Shown: positions 11,581-23,542 of the stretch, one piece after another
Numbering within the stretch: the first letter of the stretch is position 1
Layout: the number at the start of each line of letters is the position of its first letter
Assembly: GCF_006345805.1 (NCBI RefSeq)
Contig: NC_043017.1
Coordinates: 9,176,001 to 9,240,000, forward strand
Reading direction: 5' to 3'
Source: Octopus sinensis
Taxonomy: Eukaryota
Length of the DNA: 64,000 nucleotides
Position numbers and translations under genes: made by a program
The notes under the pieces: model-generated
The model's input: only the letters and a program-made list of their open reading frames with translations
What the model was told of the DNA's origin: nothing
The model's database searches: none

Positions 11581-13880
11581 ATTTATTTAGCTGTGAATAA
11601 GCTAAATAACAAAAAGTTTCCAGGGTCAGACGGAATCTGTGCAGAAGTCTTGAAGTATGGGGGTGACAAAATGTTTGAACTCTTAAATATGTTAATTTGT
11701 CACTGTTGGAGAACTGAGAAAGTCCCTCAAGACTGGATTGATGCCCATTTTAGTCGCCTTGTACAAATCGGGGCCAAAGGATCTGTATGGTAATTTTCGT
11801 GGGATTTCGCTTTTGTCTGTGGTTGGAAAGGTACTTGTCCCCATTTTGTTAGAACGTTTAAATACCTTTATAGTTCCAAATATAGTGTCTGAGTCTCAGT
11901 GTGGTTTTCGTTCCTTCAGGGACACAGCTGATTGTATCTTTGAAAGAGCTGTTCTTCACTCCTGCTCCGGAGCGTCGGCTGCGGGGTCATTCCGAAAAGC
12001 TCTACCTGCGACGATTTCATCTCAATCGAAGGAGAGGAGATTTCTCCGTCCGGGTTGCGGATCCGTGGAACAAGCTGCCAGACGAGATGGTGAAGATGCC
12101 GACGACCGCTTTGTTCAAAGCCTCCCTGGACCTCAAGTGGCCTGAACTCTTTACATGAACACCACCCTGTACTTAACTCCATGTCCCCCTACATGGCCTT
12201 GCTATTTGCTTTTGAGCCAAATTAACTAACTAACTAACAAATTACAAGAAAAGTGAATTGAACAGAATCTTGTCCCATACCATTGCTTTGTTGATTAAAG
12301 TAAAGCATTCGCTACTGTTAATTGAAATGCTCTGTGGCTAATTCTAAGGAAAATAAGTTGCCCAGAAAAATTTGTAAACATGATCAGGGCTTTGCATCAA
12401 GATGTAAAAGCTAGAGTTAACTTTGGCGGTAGGCTCTCTGAATCTTTTGCCATGGAAAATAGAGTAAAGCAAGGAGACATTGATGCACTCACCCTCTTTG
12501 CAATATACTTTACTGTTGTGTTGTCTCATGCTTTTCAAAACTCTGAGGAGGGTATTTAGATAAAATATCAAACAACAGGGAATGTTTTTAATCTGACCAG
12601 AGTGAAATTCAAAATGAAGGGTTTTAGTTCACTCATTAGGGAACTTTTGTATGCTGATGATTGCTATCTTTTCAGTCATTCTGAAACAGGTCTGAAAACT
12701 CTTGTATCTGCATTTGACTCGGCTTGTGATGATTTTGGTTTGACCATCAACTTTAAATAAAACAGTTGTAATGCATCAACCTGCATGTGGTACTATTTGT
12801 AACCTCCCTAAAATTTTTGTTAAGGGAAAGTAACTTGCGGTTGTCAATTCGTTCGTCTACCTTGGAAGCTCTGTTCAAAATGAAGGAAATCTTGATACAG
12901 AACTACAGCTGCAAATCCAAAGGGCAGCAAAAGCATTTGGTAGCTTGGAGTCACACGTTTGGTGCCAGCAACATATAAATAAAAATACAAAGCTGGCTCT
13001 TTGCAAATCATTTGTCTTACCATTTCTGTTGTATTCTTGTGGAACTTGGACTTGTTATGAAAGGCATTTTAAATTGTTAGAACAATTCCACCAAAAATAC
13101 CTTCATCGCATTTAAAAAATTAAATGGAGTTCTTTTACTCCAGATGCAGATGTGCTTGCATTTGCAGGCATGACCTCAATTAAAGCTATGATTTTGAGGA
13201 ACCAAATGAAATGGTGTGTCCATATTGTTTGAATGGCAGATGAACGCATGCCGAAACAGCTGTTTTATGGTGAGCTTGCACAGGGGAAATGCTATCGGCA
13301 TAAACCTAAAAAAGGTTTAAGGACAGCATAAGGACTACTATGAAGTTACTTGGGATGGATCCAGAAGACATAGAAACCCTTGCTTTGGATCAAGTTGAAT
13401 GGCAAATAAAAGTGTGGAGTGGAGTGAAAGCTTTTGAGGAGGCCAGGATGAGACATGCAAGACTCAAGAAAGATGTAAAGAAGAATGTTGTGATCGAGAG
13501 GTGAATCTCAGTGACCTTTTTGTGTGGCACAGTTTGTAACAGACCATGTCTGTCTTTTGCTGGGCTCAAATCTCATCTGCGAACCCATGGAAAATGAACC
13601 TACATCAACTTATTCTGCCTATATGTCTGTGCACACATTTGAATGCTGTGTATGCCAGAAGATTTGAAAATCTAACAGAGGCCTCAGAAGACATTTTAAG
13701 ATCCACAAAGATCAGAACTTATCTGCAGCTCTTAGTGGTCCAAATCGGATGTGCAATCTGTGTGGGTGTCTTTTCAGAACATTGTCTGGTTTAAAAAGCC
13801 ACATCAGATGCCATGACGGTGCTAAGGTGTAGGTACAGGAGGTGGTCAAATTTTGCATAAGTAGTAGACAACCACCAGAT
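11581..13880 (+). mobile_element. 5'-truncated, decayed RTE-clade LINE (reverse transcriptase plus three C2H2 fingers)
   Basis: KFPGSDGICAEVLKYGG, GNFRGISLLSVVGKV, ESQCGFR, RVKQGD, ELLYADD (about 12641-12661), W-x-x-HIV-x-MADERMPKQLFYGEL; many stops and frameshifts. Confidence 0.92.
11941..12238 (+). mobile_element. CR1-type LINE 3' fragment inserted into the RTE
   Basis: LRGHSEKL...FSVRVADPWNKLPDEMV...FKASLD is the typical CR1 ORF2 C-terminus; (TAAC)n tail; splits the RTE between DCIF and LQEK. Confidence 0.9.
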
Positions 13881-13902
13881 ATATATCCATATATATATAT
13901 AT

Positions 13903-14021
13903 AACTCTGAGTAACAGCTTTTGTGATATTTTTGCTGCTTTTTAATAAAGCATATTACTCTACCTCTGGTATTTGAGTACTCTTTTTTCCACCTTGTTTC
14001 ACATTTATGTGCTTACTGTGG

Positions 14022-14023
<2 letters not shown>
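13903..14023 (+). mobile_element. Penelope-like terminal repeat, family P1 (5'-truncated)
   Basis: Matches 45537-45677 (inverted); keeps the 3' half of the hammerhead and a downstream AATAAA; embedded in (TA)n. Confidence 0.6.
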
Positions 14024-14088
<65 letters not shown>

Positions 14089-14382
14089 GTGTGTATATAT
14101 ATGTGTGCATATATATATGTATATATGTGTATATATATGAATATATATATATATGTGTGTGTGTGTGTATATATATAATCATCATCCTCATCATATATGT
14201 GTGTGTGTGTATGCAATTATATATATATATATAATATATATATATACATATACATACATATATATATAACATATATATAAACACATATATATATATATTT
14301 ATATATATATATGTTGTGTATAATATATTGTGTGTGTGTGAGTATATGTGCATGTATGTATATAAATATATGTGTGTGTGTA

Positions 14383-14422
<40 letters not shown>

Positions 14423-14443
14423 TATTATTAAAGCTGCAACAAA

Positions 14444-14487
14444 AAACTGCTACTCAGAGTTTCACATTTCTGTTTGTCGGGCAGTTT
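14444..14487 (-). ncRNA. Minimal type I hammerhead-like motif, family P1 (core degenerate)
   Basis: Minus strand: AAACTGC-CCGACAA-ACA[GAAA]TGT-GAAA-CTCTGAG-TA-GCAGTTT; 7-bp helix I and helix II intact, core G8 changed to A. Confidence 0.55.
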
Positions 14488-14523
14488 GTGATCCAGGATG
14501 GATCATTCCACTCTACATCACAA

Positions 14524-14561
14524 CTGCCCGATGAACGGGAACATGAAACTGTGAGTAGCAG
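14524..14561 (+). ncRNA. Minimal type I hammerhead-like motif, family P1
   Basis: CTGC-CCGATGA-ACG[GGAA]CAT-GAAA-CTGTGAG-TA-GCAG; helix I CTGC:GCAG, GUA triplet, one helix II mismatch. Confidence 0.6.
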
Positions 14562-14714
14562 GTTTTTTTTGTGATTTCACATTTATGTGCTTACTCTGGT
14601 GTATATATATAAGCACATACATGTATGTATATAAATGTATATATGCATGTGTGTGTGTAGATATATGTATATATATGTAAATATATATGCATGTTTAAAT
14701 ATGCACATATGTGT

Positions 14715-14754
<40 letters not shown>

Positions 14755-14781
14755 AGGTTTGGAGATGATGTACAGGTATTT

Positions 14782-15154
14782 TATATTAGAAGAAATGAGG
14801 TTCTCAGAAATTCGGATGGTTTTATATTTACAGATATTTATTTGTATATTACATTTCTTATACATCATATAACTTAGATCATGTATTAGCGCTTTCTCCC
14901 ATTCTAGTGGAGTCATCCATCACCCTCTTGTACTGTCTTATATTCCTCCCCACCACTACAAACTCAATACCACTATAAAATGGTCAAAACTTTTCACACA
15001 GGAACTTAGTTTGATTTGAAAACCCCACTAGAATGGGAGAAAGCGCTAATACATGATCTAAGTTATGTGATGTATAAAAACATGTAATATAACAAATAAA
15101 TATCTGTAAATATAAACCATCTGATTTTCTGAGTACCTCATTTCTTCTAATATA
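14782..15154. repeat. Inverted repeat (arms about 130 bp) of Penelope-like family P3
   Basis: 14782-14910 is the approximate reverse complement of 15025-15154; the inner ends carry CCACTAGAATGGGA-GAAA-GCGC-TA (hammerhead 3' half). Confidence 0.8.
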
Positions 15155-15207
15155 TATATATATATATATATTAATATATATAATATATATATATATATGT
15201 ATATATA

Positions 15208-15389
15208 GTTAATCCAAACAAGAAAGCACAAAAAAAAACACAACAACGCGAGGACGTGGAACAAATATAGTATTATTGGACGCTCAGGAAAGAAGGAAAG
15301 AAGGAGGGTTTAACGTTTCGAGCGGAGCTCTTCGTCGGAAACATAGGAGAAGGAAAGATCCAGAGAAGGGAAGACAGAGGAAAAAAAAT
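15208..15389 (-). mobile_element. Penelope-like terminal repeat, family P2
   Basis: Near-identical to 61253-61472; contains a hammerhead fold; flanked by (TA)n. Confidence 0.65.
15308..15342 (-). ncRNA. Minimal type I hammerhead-like motif, family P2
   Basis: Minus strand: GTTT-CCGACGA-A-GAGC[TCC]GCTC-GAAA-CG-TT-AAAC; helix I GTTT:AAAC, palindromic helix III ACGT. Confidence 0.7.
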
Positions 15390-15949
15390 ATATATTTATA
15401 TATATATATATGGTAAAGAGAAAAAGAGAGACAAGAGAAATAAAAGGGAAAGAGAGAGAGAGAGAGAGAAAGAGAATGATGTGAGGTAGCGGAGTGTGCT
15501 TTTAGTAAACACACACTGTTAGGCCTTACCATGAAGCTCTGTTATTATTGCTAACCCACCTGATTTTCTCGATCACTAATAAGAAAAAAAACAAAAATGG
15601 GATATCGACCCTGTTTACTGCTTCATCAATCAGCTATTAGTCATCATACAGACCAACCGGAGTGTGGTAACTTCTATGTATTTATAGTAGATTATAATAA
15701 GAGATACATAAATGATTACAACTCCATCGGACTGACCTAATTTACATAACAAACAATTATTGGTTAGTTTGTATTATTATTTAATAGATACAGGTACTAC
15801 ACAGCATGTTTTGTGTGTGTGTGTGTATTTGGAGAGAGAGGGAGATTTCGTGTAGGTTTAACACAAGCAAGTTAAATCATTAAAAAAACTGCAAAAGGCA
15901 TGTCTACTAAACAATAGATTAAGTATTTTAATGAATCAAATTACATTAT

Positions 15950-16240
15950 TTTCTCTTTTTCTCTTTTACTTGTTTCAGTCATTTGACTGCGGCCATGCTG
16001 GAGCACCGCCTTTAGTCGATCAAATCGACACCGGAACTTATTCTTTGTAAGCCCAGTACTTATTCTATTGGTCTCTTTTGCCGAACCGCTAAGTGGCGGG
16101 GACGTAGACACACCAGCATCGGTTGTCAAGCAATGCTAGGGGGACAAACACAGACACACAAACACACACACATACATATATATATATATACATATATACG
16201 ACAGGCTTCTTTTCAGTTTCCGTCTACCAAATCCACTCAC
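15950..16240 (-). mobile_element. SINE family A, 5'-truncated
   Basis: Matches the 3' two-thirds of the family. Confidence 0.88.
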
Positions 16241-16504
16241 AATAATTCCTTTCAGAATTGATGTTTATTTATTTTAGACATATTTGTCTGTTTGTCTGTC
16301 TGTCTCTCATAGGTTTGTGAGTGTGTCTGTGTTGAGAAGATGTGGGTTCACATACAACATTTTCTATCTGAGGGTCTTTTTCTAACCTGATATTTTTACA
16401 CACTTTTAATTATAGGCTTATCTGTTTTGAGTTACACTGTGTATGTATATGTGCATATACATGTATGTATATATGTATATATACACACATATAAATACAT
16501 ATCT

Positions 16505-16696
16505 TTCTTCTTACTTGTTTCAGTCATTTGACTGTGGCCATGCTGGAGCACTGCCTTTAGTCAAACAAATCATCCCCAGGACTTATTCTTTGTAAGCACA
16601 GTATTTATTCTATCGGTCTCTTTTATCAAACTGCTAAGTTACAAGGATGTAAACACACCAATATCAGTCAGTTGTCAAGCGATGGTGGGGGGACAA

Positions 16697-16727
<31 letters not shown>

Positions 16728-16880
16728 AGGAGCTTTCAGTTTCCGTTTACCAAATCCATTCACAAGGCCTTGGTCGGCCTGAGGCTACAGTAGAAGACAC
16801 TTGCCCAAGGCATCACACAGTGGTACTGAACCCAGAACCATGTGGTTGGTAAGCAAACTACTTAACACAGCCACTCCTGC
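16505..16880 (-). mobile_element. SINE family A
   Basis: Diverged near-full copy. Confidence 0.85.
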
Positions 16881-16994
16881 ACTTATATATACATACATAT
16901 ATATACCTAAACACATATGTATATATACACACACACACCTAAATATGGATGTACATATACATACATATATATACTTAAACACATATACGTGTGT

Positions 16995-17385
16995 GTGTAG
17001 CAAGAAGCCTGCTTCCCAATCACATGGTTCTGGGTTCAGTCCTACTGCATGGCACCTTGGGCAGGTGTCTTCTACTATAACCTTGGGTTGACCAAAGTTT
17101 TAAGAGTGGATTTGGTTGAAGGAAACTGAAAGAAGCCCGTCGTAATATATATATACATATATATATATATGTATATATATATATGTTTGTGTATTTGTCC
17201 CCGCCACCATCACTGAACAACTGATGTTGGTGTGTTTACATCCCCTGTAACATAGAGGTTCAGCAAAAGAGACTGATAGAATAAGTACCAGGCTTACAAA
17301 GAGCAAGTCCAGGGGTCGATTTCTTCAACTAAATAGGCAGTGCTCCAGCATGGCCACAGTCAAAATGACTGAAACAAGTTAAAGA
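16995..17385 (+). mobile_element. SINE family A
   Basis: Diverged near-full copy, head-to-head with the preceding one. Confidence 0.85.
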
Positions 17386-17494
17386 ATATATATATATAAA
17401 TAGATGTGCGTGCTTGTGTGTGTGTACATACACACACGTATATATATATGCATACATATATACAAATACACACACACATATATACATACATATA

Positions 17495-17717
17495 TATTTC
17501 TTTACTACCCACAGGTAGGGCTAAACACAAGGACAGACAAAGGGATTAAGTCGATTACATCGACCCCAGTGCGTAACTGGTACTTAATTTATCAACCCCG
17601 AAAGGATAAAAGGCAAAGTCGACCTCGGCGGAATTTGAACTTAGAACGTAGCGGCAGACGAAATACGGCAACGCATTTCGCTCGGCGTGCTAACGTTTCT
17701 GCCAGCTCGCCGCCTTA
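17495..17717 (-). mobile_element. SINE family B
   Basis: Full head-core-tail match, inserted in a TA/CA tract. Confidence 0.88.
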
Positions 17718-17758
17718 TACATACATATATATGCATACATACATATATGCATAGATAC

Positions 17759-17823
<65 letters not shown>

Positions 17824-18511
17824 GCCTATATATGTATGTTTATGCGCACGAACAGGCACATATACGTATATATATAGAGAATTAGAAGTTTGCATAAAGA
17901 ACCGAGGCAGACCGCACTTAACAAACAAGAAGAATCTTTCTTTAGAAGCTAATGATTCATTCGGGCGCTACTCAGAGGTTTTCGCCACGGTTTCAGACAC
18001 ACACATATAATATAATATAATATAATCTGATATAAAACCAAGTATTACACATCTTAAAATAATGTATAGTAAGTAGATAAAACGAAAAGAATGTTGAAAT
18101 AAAATATAGAAATCCGTGGGTTTGTTTTTTCCTACACTTTTTTTCCAATGTATGTGGCTGATACGAAAATGCGGCTGCGAAAAGTAGCAGCTTCCCCGGG
18201 CAAGTGTCTTGGAGAGAAATGGCGAGATGTCGCTTGCGTGGGTGGAGGGCGAAATTTAAACCACTTTACAGGAACCACGGCTGACAGGATTATTTTGTAT
18301 TTATTTTTTTTGTATACACTTTATTTTTCTGTTGCATCTGTAAAAACCCTAATTCTTTGAGATGACCCCAAAAAAAAACTAAAAAAAAAAAATACCGAAA
18401 AAAATAATAATTGTTTATGAAAAATAACTCCCACGAATAATTATTACCAAATCTGGTGCCAACGTGTGTGTGTGTATATATATAATATATATAGTACATA
18501 TATATATATCT

Positions 18512-19440
18512 GCATGCATGCTATATAAACACACAACACATACAAGCACTTTTTTAAAAGTATATAACTGTAAATATATGCATACATGCTATATAAACAA
18601 CACCTACAAGCACTTTTTTAAAGTATATATATAACTATATAAGTAGATATATATATACATACATGTGTATATATATATGCATACATGCTATATAAACACA
18701 CAGCGCATACAAGCACTTTTTTAAAGTATATATACATATAACTATATAAGTACATATATATACATACATGTGTATATATATATGCATACATGCTATATAA
18801 ACACACAGCACATACAAGCACTTTTTTAAAGTATATATATATAACTATATAAGTAGATATATATACATACATGTGTATATATATATGCATACATACTATA
18901 TAAACACAGACACATACAAACACTTTTATAAAATATATAACTGTAAATATATACATACATGCTATATAAACACTAAACATAAGTATTTTTAAAGTATATA
19001 TATATATATAACTATATATGTACATATATATACATACATGTGTATATTATAAATATATATATATGCATACATGCTATATAAACACAGAGCACACACAAGC
19101 ACTTTTTTAAAATATATAACTGTAAATATATACATACATACTATATAAACACTAAACATACAAGTATTTTTAAAGTATATATATATGCATATACGTGTGC
19201 ATACATGCTGTATAAACACACCTACAAGCACTTTTTTAAAGTATATATATAATTGCGTATATATGTATATATATATATACATACACGCTGTATAAACACA
19301 ACACTTATAAGCATTTTTTAATATAGATATAAATATAATTGTGTATAAATTGTATATATATATATGTTTATATATATGCATACTTGCTATATAAACACAC
19401 AACACATACAACGTGTTTTTTTTTCTTAAAGTATTTATAT
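18512..19440. repeat. AT-rich minisatellite, variable units of about 60-105 bp
   Basis: GCATACATGCTATATAAACAC...ACAAGCACTTTTTTAAAGTAT recurs about ten times. Confidence 0.9.
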
Positions 19441-22079
19441 ATAATTGTGTATAGAGTAATTTTATTATATGCTATACAAACATACTGTAATATACAATAC
19501 ATACCCACGCACATTCATTTTTCAAACGTCTATAAAATTTTTCTTTATATTTTTTATAATACATATTTCCCTATAAATATATATAAATAGATTCCGGTGC
19601 ACAAGTGTGTATGTACTGACACATTTTTTGTTTATAAAAAAATATATATGCGTGTATGGACATGCATGTTTTCTATACATAAACAAAGTCGGCACACAAT
19701 GGCACATACGATTATATATTTGTACATATAACTGTATCCATACGTGCGTAGACTCCGGTACACAATTATACACGCTCACATGTATATTTAATACATTTAT
19801 ATGCTTGTGTTTCTGTGCATAAATACATATATATATTTATATGTGTGTGCATACATGCATGCGTAGTTTATACATAAACAAACGCATTTCATATATACAT
19901 GAACGTGACTGCCCGTGTGCCTATATGCTTGCTATATAGATATTTATAGATGTGAGTGTATACATATATTTATATAGTGTGTGTGTGTATTTATGCATAT
20001 ATACATACGTGTGTAATATATAAATACATTTTGTATATACATTAATGCGAGTGCCTATATGCATGTTGTATAGATATATATATATATAGACGTCTGTGTG
20101 TGTGTGTGATCGTTTCGGGTGTTTTGTTCCGCCAGAAAGACTTAAATTCTTTGACTCAGGAAAACAGACAAACTCTTTCCATGTTCTGTTGTTTGATGTG
20201 ATGATGAAATTGTAAGAGAAGAAGGGAGAATTTTTTTTAAAAAAATAAGGGAGAACAATGAAAGATAAATCTGTAAGGGGCATAAGAAACGAACCCTTAA
20301 ATTGTTAGATGGTCAAATCCTTGTAAAGAAAGAAAGTAAAAAAAGAAACCATTTGAACATGCAAAATACAAACCTCTACAAATAACAGATATATATATAT
20401 ACAACAATAACAAAACATATAAGCCGTCTGGCTGCATTGGAGGAAGTTAGGAGACAAGAACGAACCCGGTAGTGTCTGTATTAATAATAATAATAATAAT
20501 TACAATAAGAATCCCGTAAAGTAAAGACGTGGACTCAGCACACAGACCCTCCCCCAAATTCCAACACATTATATGTATATGGTGTGTTTGTGTGATAAAT
20601 TCTGTATGTAAATTGCATATTTTTTGTATCTAAACTGAGCTCCGCTAGGGCTGAGGTTTTTCTAATTGCGTGCTATTTATATATATATATATACAGATAT
20701 ATATATTGTTCGTGTTTTTATATAATTATGTACGCCTCCTTTTGCGCAGATCATAATAAGCTATAATATATATATATATATATATATACGTGCACGCACG
20801 CACTCACCTGAATTAGCAACAGATAATACGTTCGTATATGCGTGTGTATATAAATATATATATATGTATGTATATGAAGGCTAGACTGTCATCGCGAATT
20901 GGTTCACAACATCAACAAAAATATCGATGCATTATAAATTGTAAATAAACAATACATATATACACACATACATATCTGTGTGTATATATACATATATTAT
21001 ATATGTACGCACACACACGCATTTAGGTCTTACATATACAGATGCGAATAGTTGTTTACGTTTCATTACAGCTAGCTTAGTTATTATTCAATAACTATAG
21101 ATTATTCAATAACTATAGATAATAACAGACGTGTGTCTATATAATAAAACACTTTGACATGCCTATGTAGAAGCTGATAATGCATGTGCCCCCTTTCAAC
21201 ATTGTCCCTTAGTGTGTGTGTGTGAGTGTATCTGTGTATGTGTGTTTGTATATCAGCTGTTATATCTTGCTAGATACTGCAAAGAGTTAAGAGTCTGTGT
21301 GTGTTGGGGGGAACAGAACAGACGAATAATAATACTCTGAGAGGAAGGAAATTTTATAGACAGACGAAGTGAGAGAGAGAGAGAGATAGATAAGTAGAGG
21401 AGGTGGCGGGGGGAAAGAGAGCAAGTAGACGAAAGTTAAGTAGACGGAAAGAAAGATTAAGGAGGCGACAGACAGACAGACAGACAAGTGAAGGAAGCGA
21501 GATAGACGAAAGAAGAAGATAGAGAGATAAATAGATAGATAGACGAAGGTGGCTTCATAGTAAATAGAAGCAAATAAGAGAATTAGCTAGACACACGCAT
21601 ATATATATATATATATATACACAGCATCCAAGCATCATCATAATAGTAATGATAAATTGAAAACATCAGTAGACGGATATATGCATATAAACACATACAC
21701 ACTATCCGACCATTGCACAAGCATCATCGTCTTTAACAGCAAACATTAGAAGATACACATACACATACAGACACACACTTACTAACCGAGATTGCTCTTA
21801 CATACATACATACACACACCATTGTCATCGTAAATAGCAAATAAACATCAGTAGACACGCACTATTCGATCATTGTTCACACACACACACACACACATTG
21901 CCATTATCATCATCATCATCATCATCATCATCAGGAACAGCAACACAAACACTTCAGTAAGCACGACAAATGCGAAAGTGTCAACAAACACGAAAAAAGA
22001 GAACCGGAATGTTCAGCGTGTGACAGAAGATCACTTGTGGTGACCGGCCATAAAGGGCTTTTGGCTCCCTTCCACTCTA

Positions 22080-22872
22080 TCTGTGCCTCGCTCTCTCTCC
22101 ATCTTTCTCTCTCTATCACTGTCACCTCATTTTTTTTTTAGCCCTTTCCCCGTTCCCTTTTTCTTCTTTCCCTTCAGCCTCTCATTCTTTGCCTTCGTTT
22201 TGTTCCTTTCTCTCTGTCCATCACCTATTTTTGCCCTTTTCTCTTTTCTAATCCTATCTTTTCATCCTAGCTGCCTGGCTATCTCTCTCGCTCTCTCTCC
22301 CTCTCTATTTGTATCTCTCCATCCTCTATTTTACCCCCTCCCTCACTTTCTCTAGCACTTCCTTTTCCCCAATCCTCTCTTCCTCTCTTTTGCATCTTCG
22401 TTGTCTTGTCTCTCTTCTTTCTCTTTCTCCTTTTATATCTTCGTCCTCACTTTTTTTTTTGCCCTTTCTCACTAGCTTCTACTCCTTCCGATCCTCTCCT
22501 TTTTGCCTTTTCGCTGTCTGTCTGTGTTTCTCCCCCCTCTCTTTCTCTCTCTCTCTCCCTCTCTATCTCTCCCCTCCACCTTTCTCTCCATCTGTCTCTC
22601 CCCTTCCGTCACGCTCATCTGTTACTCGCTAGAAGTGACGACACTATCGGATGAGATCATTAAGACATACATAACATAACGTGATTGAACGCACGTGGCA
22701 TGCAACTCTGAGTATTATTTATAAGCAAACAGCAGTGAATCGCCAGCTGCTTCCTTAATAAATAATACAAGCTCTACACGTATTGAGTACTCCTTCCAAT
22801 CTTTATATCCCTCGTCTATAAACACACACGCATACACACACACACGCACACACACAGAGCCTTTCTTGCTTA

Positions 22873-22906
<34 letters not shown>

Positions 22907-23391
22907 TTGGGAATAGGTCAAATTAGCGGGGGAGATTAGAATGGTGTTTGATCTAATCCGCTATCCATTGTTCCACACAGACAAATTCCAGGCTCTGCCC
23001 CACGGGGGTCGTCCGGAAACGAAAGTCACTCGCTTCTCACTACTAGCATCTATCACCGCTTCGTGTCTATCGCCAATGTCGTCATTATTATTATTATTAT
23101 CATTCAATTAGACATCAAAGAAGCAAAAAGAAGAACAAACAAAGGGCTTGTTTTTCGTTGCTGCTGCTGTTGTTGTTGTTGTTGTTATTTAGCATCATCA
23201 CTATCACCATCATCATCATCTTTAGTACCATCAAACACACACATACATACACACACACACACACACGGAACGTCTCAACACCTTAACCGGAACAGCAAGG
23301 GTTCGACTTTGTTTATTTACCGTCTGCAGTTGTCATATTTATTTATTTATTTATTTATTTAAAAATCCTTCCCCCCCCTCCCTCTCACACG

Positions 23392-23428
<37 letters not shown>

Positions 23429-23510
23429 ATATTCTCTTTCTCTTACACACACACACATACATACGTTCTGCCTCAGTCCAACTTTGACACATCTTTATAC
23501 ATTTTCTTTC

Positions 23511-23542
<32 letters not shown>

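Noticed and set aside
22651-22672. TGAGATCATT resembling the bantam miRNA 5' end
   Set aside because: Match stops after 10 nt and no precursor hairpin is visible.
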